Below, one piece after another: positions 9,255-17,802 of a stretch of 23,003 nucleotides of DNA; positions within the stretch are counted from its first letter, which is position 1; each line of letters opens with the position of its first letter. The notes beneath the pieces were generated by a model. That model was not told the origin of the DNA, did no database searches, and worked only from the letters and a program-made list of their open reading frames with translations. The position numbers were made by a program, and so were the translations under genes. The DNA is from a virus: the IMG/VR virus record IMGVR_UViG_3300025289_000122; one strand, 5' to 3'.

Positions 9255-9433
9255 ACTTTTGCTCCCTTTTTTCTAGCTTTGCTTAAGGCTATTGCTATTT
9301 TCTGTCTCCTCATTTTCTCTTTTGACTGCTTCTTAAGCGTTGATGGTGGATTGTTCTCCACTTCGTGAAAGGCTTCCTTCACCAATCTCTCCGACTTCGA
9401 CCCCTTCTTCCTCCACTTCTTCTTTCCCTCCAT
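9251..9433 (-). CDS. Small basic protein (resembles the DUF6496-type QAIAIALSEAR family)
   Basis: 60 aa, very Lys/Arg-rich, ending RQKIAIALSKARKKGAKV, with a GGAGG RBS. Confidence 0.55.
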   Translation of the reverse strand: MEGKKKWRKKGSKSERLVKEAFHEVENNPPSTLKKQSKEKMRRQKIAIALSKARKKGAKV

Positions 9434-10712
9434 TATTACCTCCTACTTTGTGGAACCAAGTATAATCTTCTCCAGTTGTATAATTATCACCAAAATTACC
9501 CTCAACAGCTTCTCTAATTCCTAAAAATCTAGGTTCATCAAAATCATGGCCACAAAGATAACCGCCAACCTTCACTTTTGGCAACCAAGCTCTAATATCT
9601 TCATTACAACCTTCATAAGAATGGTCAGCATCTATGAAAACTAAGTCGAAATAATTATCTGGGAACAATTTAACAGCCTCAAGTGACTCCATTTGATGTA
9701 TTTTAGCTCTACGATCGCGTTTTATCCTTAATCTAGTTGTTTTCAATGCCTTATCGAACTTTACTTGATTATAAGTTGCCAATTTCGATCCAGAAATGCA
9801 CCAACTACTATTTGGAGTACACGCTTTCCAAGGATCAACTAGGTGGTACATACTAATTTTATCAGATTTCAATACCTTATCTGTCATCAAACCATCCCAA
9901 ACACCAATTTCAGCAATAATTAAACCATTTCCAAGCTCATCTAACTTAGAAACAACCTCATCCCATCGGTAGTTATACACAATCTTTCCCGCCCAACTAT
10001 GCCATTCTTTACCAATATGTCTCCAATTCTTATCATTAGCCCAAGAATCACCTTTTAATATCTTCTTTCGACCACTTGGTAGTAAATGTACGATCTTAGA
10101 CTGAATGAAATCTTCATATCCTCTGTGTGTATGTTCACTATTCCAAATTAAACAAGGAATATCTAAAACTTTAAAGCCTGGAATTAGATTTCTCTCAATA
10201 GTTGCAGCAATAGAAGCTTGGTGAATACCACCAAATTTCTTCTCATATATCTCATGATACCTAGCATCACCAAGCATCTTAAAGGTTTCTTCGGTGATTA
10301 ATTCAAAAAACTTCTTAGTTTTCTCATTAACACGAACAAACATTACCCCAGAGTTCCATGGCCACTTATAATCCCTAGTTGTACGAGCATAATCAAAATC
10401 AAGCTCCCAAATCTCATCTAATGGGGCACGAATGAATGTATCACAATCAATTAAGAGAATCCTATCTCCAATAGGAGCTTCTTTTATAATCTCACACCAA
10501 GCAAGAGCTTTATGAGCATTATTTGGGAATAATTCTTTACGTACATATTTCGATGAGAGAGCTGCTTTTAGATTATGACCTTCAATCTTCCTTACATTTA
10601 TCTCCCACCTATCTTTTAGGTGAAAGCGAGCAGATTTCTCCAATACACCAGCAAGCCAATGGTATTCCCTAGTACCAAAATATACAGATTCAAGGCGTGG
10701 TTTATTCATCAA
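9333..10712 (-). CDS. Fusion of a GT-A glycosyltransferase and a class I SAM-dependent methyltransferase
   Basis: N-terminal half has ILLIDCDTFI (DxD) and WNSGVMFV. C-terminal half has IAEIGVWDG, LVDPW and FDLVFIDADHSYEG..D..AW..KVKVGGYLCGHDF (Methyltransf_24-like). Confidence 0.8.
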   Translation of the reverse strand: MMNKPRLESVYFGTREYHWLAGVLEKSARFHLKDRWEINVRKIEGHNLKAALSSKYVRKELFPNNAHKALAWCEIIKEAPIGDRILLIDCDTFIRAPLDEIWELDFDYARTTRDYKWPWNSGVMFVRVNEKTKKFFELITEETFKMLGDARYHEIYEKKFGGIHQASIAATIERNLIPGFKVLDIPCLIWNSEHTHRGYEDFIQSKIVHLLPSGRKKILKGDSWANDKNWRHIGKEWHSWAGKIVYNYRWDEVVSKLDELGNGLIIAEIGVWDGLMTDKVLKSDKISMYHLVDPWKACTPNSSWCISGSKLATYNQVKFDKALKTTRLRIKRDRRAKIHQMESLEAVKLFPDNYFDLVFIDADHSYEGCNEDIRAWLPKVKVGGYLCGHDFDEPRFLGIREAVEGNFGDNYTTGEDYTWFHKVGGNNGGKEEVEEEGVEVGEIGEGSLSRSGEQSTINA

Positions 10713-12388
10713 TAAGATCCCCCATATTCAATTTGGGAGTAGCCAGTTGTAGGATCAACCCCTCTACTCTCTACTGAATCATCTCGAACTCCAATAATAC
10801 CATACGATCCAGGAGGGAAGCCTCTCCTACGAACTCCTTCATCCATAATTTGAGCCAACGCGTCTAAAATATGAATATCAGAAGTTTTCCCAAATCTCTC
10901 AAACTCCTTCTTTAATTCTTCTTGTTTATCATTGTGAAAAAGCTGATTAGATGAATATAATTGACCAAGAGATTCAATCCTCTTAGTTTTAGCGATTTTC
11001 CTAGTTCTATATGGATGAATCTCAAAGTAGATATTTCGATTGCTCATTTCACTACGAACCCAATCACCTAATAGATGTTGGGCTGCATCGTATTCAATCG
11101 TAACTAGGTGAACTCCCCATTTCACAGATTGACTAAATAATAATTCAACTAAAGCAGTTGATGGGAAGTCGATTGGAATTGCTCCTAATGTAAATGTACG
11201 CCACCAATAATCAGTAGCAGAGATTACAAATCCGCCTGTAACTTCTCCGGGGTCGATATGTAAGCATATATAACAATCTCTAACACTAACAACTGAAGGA
11301 TGATTAGGATTGCCGTCAAGTACAGCTATTCTATACTGATCCAACCATTCAAAAGTCCTCCACCACTCCTTATTAAACCCATCTCCAATTTCTTCTGGAT
11401 CATTCAACCACTCTGAATAGTAAACTTCCTTATTCTTCTTAATAATCTCAAGTTGAACTGGAGTAACACGTTCTGGGAATATGATTTGTTCAATGCCCTC
11501 AGAATCTTTTTCAACCACTTTTCTTCTATAAACAGATAATTTATCCTCAAATTTATCTATCATATAGCCATATACATCATCATACTTATATCTAGTACCA
11601 ACACCAGAAATCTTATCTATACTAAGATTATTCAAGAACCCAAATATACCATCAATGAAATCTCTACGCTGTTGGCTCTCTGCCTCAGATTTACGAGCTT
11701 CTTTACCATAGATGTCATCTGGGGATATAACATTATAATGGTTTCCCTGTTGTTTTGCTGATACACCCTTTGCATCAAATGTAGGCTCACCAAATATACC
11801 ATCCCTCGGGAGAGTTAAGGCGGTTTTGTTTATAACTTGCTTCCCTCTTTCCGGTACACACTCAGGGTAGTAAGCCATTAATAGTGGATTAGACATAAAA
11901 TTGGCAGCAATCTGAAATAAGAATCTCGCTGCTTCATCTTCAACTTCATGTACAATTAATATTCGAACATTTGGACCTAAAGTAAGTGGATATGGTAATG
12001 GTCTAGCTATCTCATCACATAATCTATCTTCTTCTGTATAAGGTAAAGCAATTCGAATATTATCAACCACTGTCTTAGTTGAAGTCTTAAAGTGACCTCG
12101 TGGGAGTAAGCCTAAAGCAAATTGGTAATTATAGAATACATCCTCCCAATACTCACACCATTCACCATGTAATTTAGGTTGAAGATCAAGATTACCACAA
12201 ATGGCTGTATTTAAGAAGAAAAGATCCCTCTTACATCTAGCACGATAAATATGTATTTCTTCATTAGATAAAGAAGCTCTTTTCTTGTCAGCCTTTTTAC
12301 GCATCTCATCAAATGTAGAGAAGAGACGATCATAGTCCTCTTCTGTAATTATATAATCCCTATCTTTAGGACTATTTGGATTCGACAA
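10709..12388 (-). CDS. terL: Terminase large subunit
   Basis: Walker A-like LLPRGHFKTS, Walker B-like ISPDDIYG, coupling motif GVGTRYKYDDVY, and RNase H-like nuclease residues LHIDPG, IEYDA and DILDALA. Confidence 0.9.
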   Translation of the reverse strand: MSNPNSPKDRDYIITEEDYDRLFSTFDEMRKKADKKRASLSNEEIHIYRARCKRDLFFLNTAICGNLDLQPKLHGEWCEYWEDVFYNYQFALGLLPRGHFKTSTKTVVDNIRIALPYTEEDRLCDEIARPLPYPLTLGPNVRILIVHEVEDEAARFLFQIAANFMSNPLLMAYYPECVPERGKQVINKTALTLPRDGIFGEPTFDAKGVSAKQQGNHYNVISPDDIYGKEARKSEAESQQRRDFIDGIFGFLNNLSIDKISGVGTRYKYDDVYGYMIDKFEDKLSVYRRKVVEKDSEGIEQIIFPERVTPVQLEIIKKNKEVYYSEWLNDPEEIGDGFNKEWWRTFEWLDQYRIAVLDGNPNHPSVVSVRDCYICLHIDPGEVTGGFVISATDYWWRTFTLGAIPIDFPSTALVELLFSQSVKWGVHLVTIEYDAAQHLLGDWVRSEMSNRNIYFEIHPYRTRKIAKTKRIESLGQLYSSNQLFHNDKQEELKKEFERFGKTSDIHILDALAQIMDEGVRRRGFPPGSYGIIGVRDDSVESRGVDPTTGYSQIEYGGSY

Positions 12389-12950
12389 CAGATACCTCTC
12401 TACCAGCTCTCAATCTACGAGCCTCATCAGCTTTTTCTAATCCAAGTAGGAATCTATCTGCAATCGAAGGAGGAATCGTGAATTGTTGATTCACTTGAAC
12501 TGAAGGAGCATTCTTTAAGTGTTCACCAATACCCTTCATTACATCAATACCTTTACCAATAAATCCAAGCCGCGAAGTCTTAAATGTTTCATCATCTTTT
12601 AGGCAATTCTTAAGTCTTTGAACAGTGAGCTCTTGAATTTCTGTTAATTCCTCAGTAATATTGAAACTCTTCTTCCTAACCCTACCAATCATAGCTTTCT
12701 GAATAGCAATAGCTTCATCAGTTGCTAGAATATTGTATACATGTTGAGGGGTTATACCTACTTTCTCTGCTATCTCATATCCTTTCAATCCCATTAAATC
12801 CATCAAAACAATCTGTTCGTATTCTACAGTCCACTTCTTAGGCTGCCACTTGTCCTTCTTCCCATTCCCATTCTCGCTAGAATCAGAATCAGAATCAGGA
12901 AAGTAGTAGTCTAATAATTCTCCAGATACTACATCTACATTCATTCTCAT
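12372..12950 (-). CDS. terS: Terminase small subunit (HTH)
   Basis: HTH GLKGYEIAEKVGITPQHVYNIL followed by helical segments, directly upstream of terL. Confidence 0.65.
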   Translation of the reverse strand: MRMNVDVVSGELLDYYFPDSDSDSSENGNGKKDKWQPKKWTVEYEQIVLMDLMGLKGYEIAEKVGITPQHVYNILATDEAIAIQKAMIGRVRKKSFNITEELTEIQELTVQRLKNCLKDDETFKTSRLGFIGKGIDVMKGIGEHLKNAPSVQVNQQFTIPPSIADRFLLGLEKADEARRLRAGREVSVVESK

Positions 12951-13075
12951 TTCTTTACAAACCTGCTAAGTCTCTTTACGTTGTGATCTATATGCTTAAT
13001 ATGAGTACTCTTATTCTTAGGTCCCTTAGTTAGAACAGGATACCCGCTAGGATTATATTTATTCTTTCTAGGCAT
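12947..13075 (-). CDS. Small basic protein, 42 aa (not in ORF track)
   Basis: MPRKNKYNPSGYPVLTKGPKNKSTHIKHIDHNVKRLSRFVKK. Coupled upstream by TAATG and to terS by ATGA, filling the gap exactly. Confidence 0.65.
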   Translation of the reverse strand: MPRKNKYNPSGYPVLTKGPKNKSTHIKHIDHNVKRLSRFVKK

Positions 13076-13278
13076 TATGGAAAATTCACCTTTTTTCCCT
13101 TACCCTTATTAACAACCAAACCCTTGATACCTACACCAATATCCTCACCAGGCATATTTTTGTTTACATCCCCAATTACACTAGTAGAACCACCAATAGT
13201 TGTGTCCGAGGATACATCATTCTTCATCTTAGCATCTGCTGGAGCAGTATCTGTGTAGAAATCATTTACTTTTTTCAT
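13075..13278 (-). CDS. Hypothetical protein
   Basis: 67-aa ORF in the late operon. The true start is uncertain (see findings). Confidence 0.55.
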   Translation of the reverse strand: MKKVNDFYTDTAPADAKMKNDVSSDTTIGGSTSVIGDVNKNMPGEDIGVGIKGLVVNKGKGKKVNFP

Positions 13279-13323
13279 CGCTTCAATTGCTCCTCTCGTT
13301 AGCGAAAACAGAATCCGGCATTT

Positions 13324-15051
13324 TTATCTCCTATACCTAGCTGTAAACGGTCCTCTAACACCATCAAAATCAGTACTACCTGGCACAAACGGAATATGAG
13401 AAGTAGTTAAATTCCCAACAAAATCCAATACACCATCAGCATCTTGATCAATTGCATCTATTTGGGCATCTAAACTACCACTAAAGCTCAAAGACCCAGG
13501 TATCTGTTTATCTATATCCCTTCGTAAATTTCCATTCAATAGAATTGAACCAGCCAAATATTTATCAATCTCAGTAATAACAAATCCACTTAGTGTTAAA
13601 TCACCAAAGCAGGATTGTGTTGCTAATTTAATAGAATCAAGATTACCATCAAATGTAATTGTTCCACCAAACGATTTATAAATTAGTTTATTTAAATCTC
13701 CTAATGAATTAATTGAACCAACTAATAGTTTGAATACGTCTCTTATTAAATCTCCATCCAAAGATAATGATCCACCTAGAGTTTTATGAATTACGTATGT
13801 AAGACCACCAATAGGAGTTATATCACCATCAACGGATCTAACAAAAGACTTTAATCTAACTAAATCTCCATCAAAACTCAAAGTTCCAGTTAAATCTCTA
13901 TCAATTTGTCTAAGTAAATTACCACTAAAATCTAATGACCCACTTAATGATGTATTAGTCTCTTTAACTAAAGACCCACTCAAGCCCAGAATCCCAACAA
14001 CATTCTTGTTTATATCTTTTATTAAAACTCCAGTAAAGGAGAAGTTACCATCAACACCTCTAGAATACAATTTAGAAACAGCTAAATCACCAGAAAAATC
14101 CAAATCACCAGCTAAATTCCTATCAACCTCTCTATTTATAATACCAGCAAAACTAAGGATTCCATCTATATTCTTATCTGTCTCTTTACTCAAAACTCCA
14201 ACAGAACTAAGAATACCAGTATCAATCTTGCCAACTAACTTAGATAAATCTCCTTCAACACTTAAAGCTCCTGCTGCTGCTTGTGGAGTTATTGTAGCAG
14301 CAGGATCAACCCAAAATTCTGGAACAGCTTGCCATCTTCTCCAAGTTCTAATTGCAACACTAGGCATCATAGGTCCAACTTCATTGCCGGATGCCATCGG
14401 CATGTGTCTTTTATTCCCAGACAAATCAACAGCCACTTGCAAATTTCTATCTACTACCCAAGCTCCCCAAGGTTGTGTTTGAATTATACCACTCCGCCAA
14501 AATTCATAAATTTCATCTGGGTCAATAAGAGCATTTTTCCATAAAACACAACTCAAGAAACCTACATTACCTCCAAATGAAAACACATTAAAGTATGTAC
14601 CAGGTTTCGCTGCTTTAAAAACTCCACTACCAACATCTCCACCAGTACTAGTCCATTCTAATGGTGGAGCATTTACAAATCCAGTCCAACCCTTTCTATT
14701 ATTTACATTCGATGCATCAACTCTAGCCGCGATGAAAACTGGAACTCCAAGTGGTGGACCTCCATATTGACAACCACCAGCAAGTTGACTAACTAAAATA
14801 GAACCAGTAGTAGCAGAAAATGTAAACTCTGATTGCTCAACTGGACGTAATGTACAGAAATGATTGCCTGATGGTTGAGCATTTTGACCAAAAATTCTAG
14901 CAGCAACCGCATTTCTACCAAGCACTACCCACGCTGCTATAGTTTGATAAGTATCACCATCAGGATTAAACTGCGTTACATTATCTGTGTAACCACCGCT
15001 AAATGATTCAACTCCAACACCCAACCAAATACTACGCCCGCGTGTATTCAT
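13324..15051 (-). CDS. Putative fibre/spike protein: LamG-like N-terminal domain plus about 16 beta-repeats
   Basis: N-terminal TIAAWV, GVPVFIAARVD, ALIDPDEIYE and VDLSGNKRH match a LamG-like pattern. The C-terminal half consists of GxLxFxGxLxKxIxKxL repeats. Confidence 0.6.
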   Translation of the reverse strand: MNTRGRSIWLGVGVESFSGGYTDNVTQFNPDGDTYQTIAAWVVLGRNAVAARIFGQNAQPSGNHFCTLRPVEQSEFTFSATTGSILVSQLAGGCQYGGPPLGVPVFIAARVDASNVNNRKGWTGFVNAPPLEWTSTGGDVGSGVFKAAKPGTYFNVFSFGGNVGFLSCVLWKNALIDPDEIYEFWRSGIIQTQPWGAWVVDRNLQVAVDLSGNKRHMPMASGNEVGPMMPSVAIRTWRRWQAVPEFWVDPAATITPQAAAGALSVEGDLSKLVGKIDTGILSSVGVLSKETDKNIDGILSFAGIINREVDRNLAGDLDFSGDLAVSKLYSRGVDGNFSFTGVLIKDINKNVVGILGLSGSLVKETNTSLSGSLDFSGNLLRQIDRDLTGTLSFDGDLVRLKSFVRSVDGDITPIGGLTYVIHKTLGGSLSLDGDLIRDVFKLLVGSINSLGDLNKLIYKSFGGTITFDGNLDSIKLATQSCFGDLTLSGFVITEIDKYLAGSILLNGNLRRDIDKQIPGSLSFSGSLDAQIDAIDQDADGVLDFVGNLTTSHIPFVPGSTDFDGVRGPFTARYRR

Positions 15052-15515
15052 TATGATGATGTATATGTAATACCTTGATAATCAATATCATGATCTCCAG
15101 CAGTAGCTGATAATGCAGCGCCACTTTGATTTTCAAAAATCAAACCCCATTTCTCTGGCATTCTACCACCAAACAAATCAGCGATACCAGTAAAGATTGC
15201 CACAACATCGTTTGCCCCATTCATCCTAATACTACCAAGACCAACACAATTTAGAATGTTCGCAGTAGTAAATGCAGCATCACTTCCAGTTGCTCCATCA
15301 GTATAGATAGTATCTCCAACAGCAGCATATACCCAAACATATACTCTATCAGTTCCACCAGCTTGGCCTTTTGTTTTAACACGAACGATTACATCATCAA
15401 ATAAATCGGAAGTATTTGGAATTACTGAACTCTCTCTAGAAGCAGCATCAGCTAGAGAAGTAAGAGTACAAGTAATTGCTGCGGCGGAACCATAGGTGAT
15501 TTTCAGTACCGCCAT
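15051..15515 (-). CDS. Hypothetical virion-like beta protein
   Basis: 154 aa, Ala/Thr/Gly-rich, coupled to the downstream gene (TAATG). Confidence 0.55.
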   Translation of the reverse strand: MAVLKITYGSAAAITCTLTSLADAASRESSVIPNTSDLFDDVIVRVKTKGQAGGTDRVYVWVYAAVGDTIYTDGATGSDAAFTTANILNCVGLGSIRMNGANDVVAIFTGIADLFGGRMPEKWGLIFENQSGAALSATAGDHDIDYQGITYTSS

Positions 15516-15524
15516 TAGAAACTC

Positions 15525-15965
15525 CTATGGTACATAATTAATTGCATCTAATACTTGGATTTTTGTAACTTTGTCATCAACGTCGAATAACTGTTCAATT
15601 CTACTCCCATTCCTTTGCCGTAGTACATTCAATGCACTAACCGTATTTGAATTAGAACCAAATATACTAATAATACCATTAATAATATTCTGATTATTTG
15701 TAGGAACTTCACCAAGAGAAAGACTCAATAACATCTGAACCCATTCTCTCTTTGCAGCTTGCTGTACAGCCATATATTCTGCTGGATCAATCGTAATAAT
15801 TACCTCATCAACAGAAACAGAACGTTTGGTGATAGTAATATTACTACGAACCATATTTAATTCATCAACAATTAAATTTGTAGATCCAGATGCAATCATT
15901 GAAGCAAAACCATAATTATTAGGATCGTTCACTAATTCATCATGTAATTCCTGCAATGTAATCAT
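15525..15965 (-). CDS. Hypothetical protein
   Basis: 146 aa, starting LHDELVNDPNNYGF, within the operon. Confidence 0.6.
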   Translation of the reverse strand: MITLQELHDELVNDPNNYGFASMIASGSTNLIVDELNMVRSNITITKRSVSVDEVIITIDPAEYMAVQQAAKREWVQMLLSLSLGEVPTNNQNIINGIISIFGSNSNTVSALNVLRQRNGSRIEQLFDVDDKVTKIQVLDAINYVP

Positions 15966-15967
15966 AA

Positions 15968-16489
15968 TTAACCACCAGAGTTGACAGTTAATGTATATGT
16001 AAACTGAATTGAATCACCATTTACCACATTGATAGCTGCAAAGACTGTTCTATCTAATAATACTCCAGCAGCACCTGCGGAGAAGATACCATGCTCTACA
16101 ATTGCTAATGTACCAGTATATGGAATCGTTGCAACTGTTACATATTGTACTGCAGAACCTTCTGTTTGTGTACCTGCTACTCTTGTTGCAACTTCAACTC
16201 CTAATGCAGCATCTAAGACATTTTCAGCAGTATTATCTGTCCCAGATGCATGATACTTCATATTCTCTAATTCTACAAGATTCTGAAAAGCATCTACAAT
16301 AAATTCTGCTCCATCATCAGTTACAAGCTTTCTACCAAGCACACCAAGATCAATTCTAGAGCCATCTCCTTTATTATGGATAGCTCTTAACTCTGCAGCT
16401 ATTCCAATCTTACTAATAGTCAAGAGTTCCTGTTTAAAACTCCTAAAGCGATTTGGGAGATTCCGGAGGCGATAGCCAAGACTAATCAT
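15968..16489 (-). CDS. Tail-collar/fibre-anchor-like beta-sandwich protein
   Basis: YHASGTDNTAE..D.ALGVE, IVEHGIFSA..AGVLLDRTVF..INV..GDSIQFTYTL resembles phage tail-collar fibre N-terminal domains. Confidence 0.5.
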   Translation of the reverse strand: MISLGYRLRNLPNRFRSFKQELLTISKIGIAAELRAIHNKGDGSRIDLGVLGRKLVTDDGAEFIVDAFQNLVELENMKYHASGTDNTAENVLDAALGVEVATRVAGTQTEGSAVQYVTVATIPYTGTLAIVEHGIFSAGAAGVLLDRTVFAAINVVNGDSIQFTYTLTVNSGG

Positions 16490-16701
16490 TTTCCAACTCC
16501 TAATTTTGGAGCTGCATCTGTAATAGCTTCTCTAATACCAACACCAATTCCAGTAACAATTACACCCTCTCTGTCTGTAAAATGAATTTTCACCCTCTCT
16601 CCGGATGAATCAATTACATACTTAAGACCATAAGTTTTACATAAATCATTAATTAAATCAGCATTTGTCTTAACTGGAGTGTAGGTTGTCCTAGTAGGCA
16701 T
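16486..16701 (-). CDS. Hypothetical protein, 71 aa (the track extends it to 16788)
   Basis: ATG 16701 (MPTRTTY) has an AAGGGAG RBS. The stop overlaps the next start. Confidence 0.55.
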   Translation of the reverse strand: MPTRTTYTPVKTNADLINDLCKTYGLKYVIDSSGERVKIHFTDREGVIVTGIGVGIREAITDAAPKLGVGK

Positions 16702-16780
16702 GGTAGCTCCCTTTTGAGTTCTTATCTTTTCGGCTAACAACTTGCCAGAGAAATTCGTACTCCCACCAGTGGATCCCATA

Positions 16781-17227
16781 TTATCCAATCCCTACACTCA
16801 TAGAAACCGTAACTGGACCAATTCCAGCTACACTCTTTCTAACTCTAATGAGTCTAAATCCAACAACATCGGCAACTCCTAATCCAGCAGCAGCTAAATT
16901 AGCAATAGGTGCGCCAGCAATATCATTAGGATTTTTCATTTGGATTTGCGTCCATTGAATAGAAGAATCGTCTTGTTCATCTAAACTAGCTTCTAACACA
17001 ATAGTCCCAGCACCACCTGTTCCATATTGAACACAAACACCACCATTTATATAATTATAAATCGGAAATGGACCAAGTATATCATTTAAACTTGTAAGCA
17101 CACCCTTTAATTTTCCCATTTTCTTCTCCAAAATCGAGGCGGTCACTCCCCCGTAGGGTAGTATAACACTCCCTCCCCACGGAGTCAACTCCAACGATCC
17201 AACAAGTCCAAGAGAGCCAATTCGCAT
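16781..17227 (-). CDS. Hypothetical beta-sandwich protein, first gene of the late arm
   Basis: VCVQYGTGGAGTIVLEASLD..WTQI..GFRLIRVR pattern is jelly-roll-like. The true start may lie downstream of 17227. Confidence 0.5.
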   Translation of the reverse strand: MRIGSLGLVGSLELTPWGGSVILPYGGVTASILEKKMGKLKGVLTSLNDILGPFPIYNYINGGVCVQYGTGGAGTIVLEASLDEQDDSSIQWTQIQMKNPNDIAGAPIANLAAAGLGVADVVGFRLIRVRKSVAGIGPVTVSMSVGIG

Positions 17228-17366
17228 AATTTATAAGAAGAAATATATAAAAAAATAAAAGGGGAAAATTTAAATGAAAAAATAGAAATTGAAAGTTATT
17301 AGAATTTTATTTTAAGGTACCCTTCGGGACCCATAATCTGTAAACTAGTTTTTGGGGTACCCCGGT

Positions 17367-17422
17367 TTGTATACAATTGCGTATGCAGTTTTGCATACAG
17401 TCTTGCATACATGTTTGTATAC
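17367..17422. repeat. 12-bp-period TTG(C/T)ATAC array
   Basis: Copies start at 17367, 17391, 17403 and 17415. The intervening slot holds an inverted copy (GTATGCA, 17381-17387). Confidence 0.7.
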
Positions 17423-17438
17423 CTTAGTTCTAAGACTC

Positions 17439-17466
17439 TCACAACTTCATCACAATCTCGTCACAA
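17439..17466 (+). promoter_or_regulatory. Three TCACAA direct repeats at 11-bp period (candidate transcription-factor site)
   Basis: TCACAA at 17439, 17450 and 17461. The -35 box at 17472 occupies the next phased slot. Confidence 0.55.
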
Positions 17467-17471
17467 GACCC

Positions 17472-17500
17472 TTGCGCAGCGCGAGCCCCGCTATTAGATT
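17472..17500 (+). promoter_or_regulatory. Sigma70-type early promoter P1
   Basis: TTGCGC-17 nt-TAGATT, 41 nt upstream of an ATG with a GGAGG RBS. Confidence 0.6.
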
Positions 17501-17541
17501 ACATGCGTATGGACCGATCGCCCACTATCACGGAGGACACT

Positions 17542-17802
17542 ATGTCTCGCAAGGCCCGGCAGACCACTTCCGTTTCCACGCTCGTTTCGCAAGTCAACAA
17601 CCTTATCACCGTCGCGCATGTGAGCGGGCGCAAGGATCTCCTGAAGGTGTTCGCGGACCTTCATTCCCGCGTCGATGCGTTCGCGAAAGAGTACGTTTCC
17701 CTCCGACGCGAGATCGACCCATTCGTGAAGAAAATGTTGACAGTGGAATCGGTAGATTCCATTCTCGCGGGAATCGAGGAATCTGAGGAAGTAGAGGCGT
17801 GA
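17542..17802 (+). CDS. Early protein, 86 aa, helical, unknown function
   Basis: Start moved to ATG 17542 (CGGAGG RBS). About 55% GC by hand count, with no TTA codons. Confidence 0.75.
   Translation: MSRKARQTTSVSTLVSQVNNLITVAHVSGRKDLLKVFADLHSRVDAFAKEYVSLRREIDPFVKKMLTVESVDSILAGIEESEEVEA

Noticed and set aside
12879-12900. AATCAG tandem repeats
   Set aside because: They encode the low-complexity DSDSDS segment of TerS.
17352-17786. 144-aa plus-strand ORF with a TTG start
   Set aside because: No RBS. It spans the repeat arrays and promoter P1 and overlaps out of frame the gene at 17542, which has a strong RBS.
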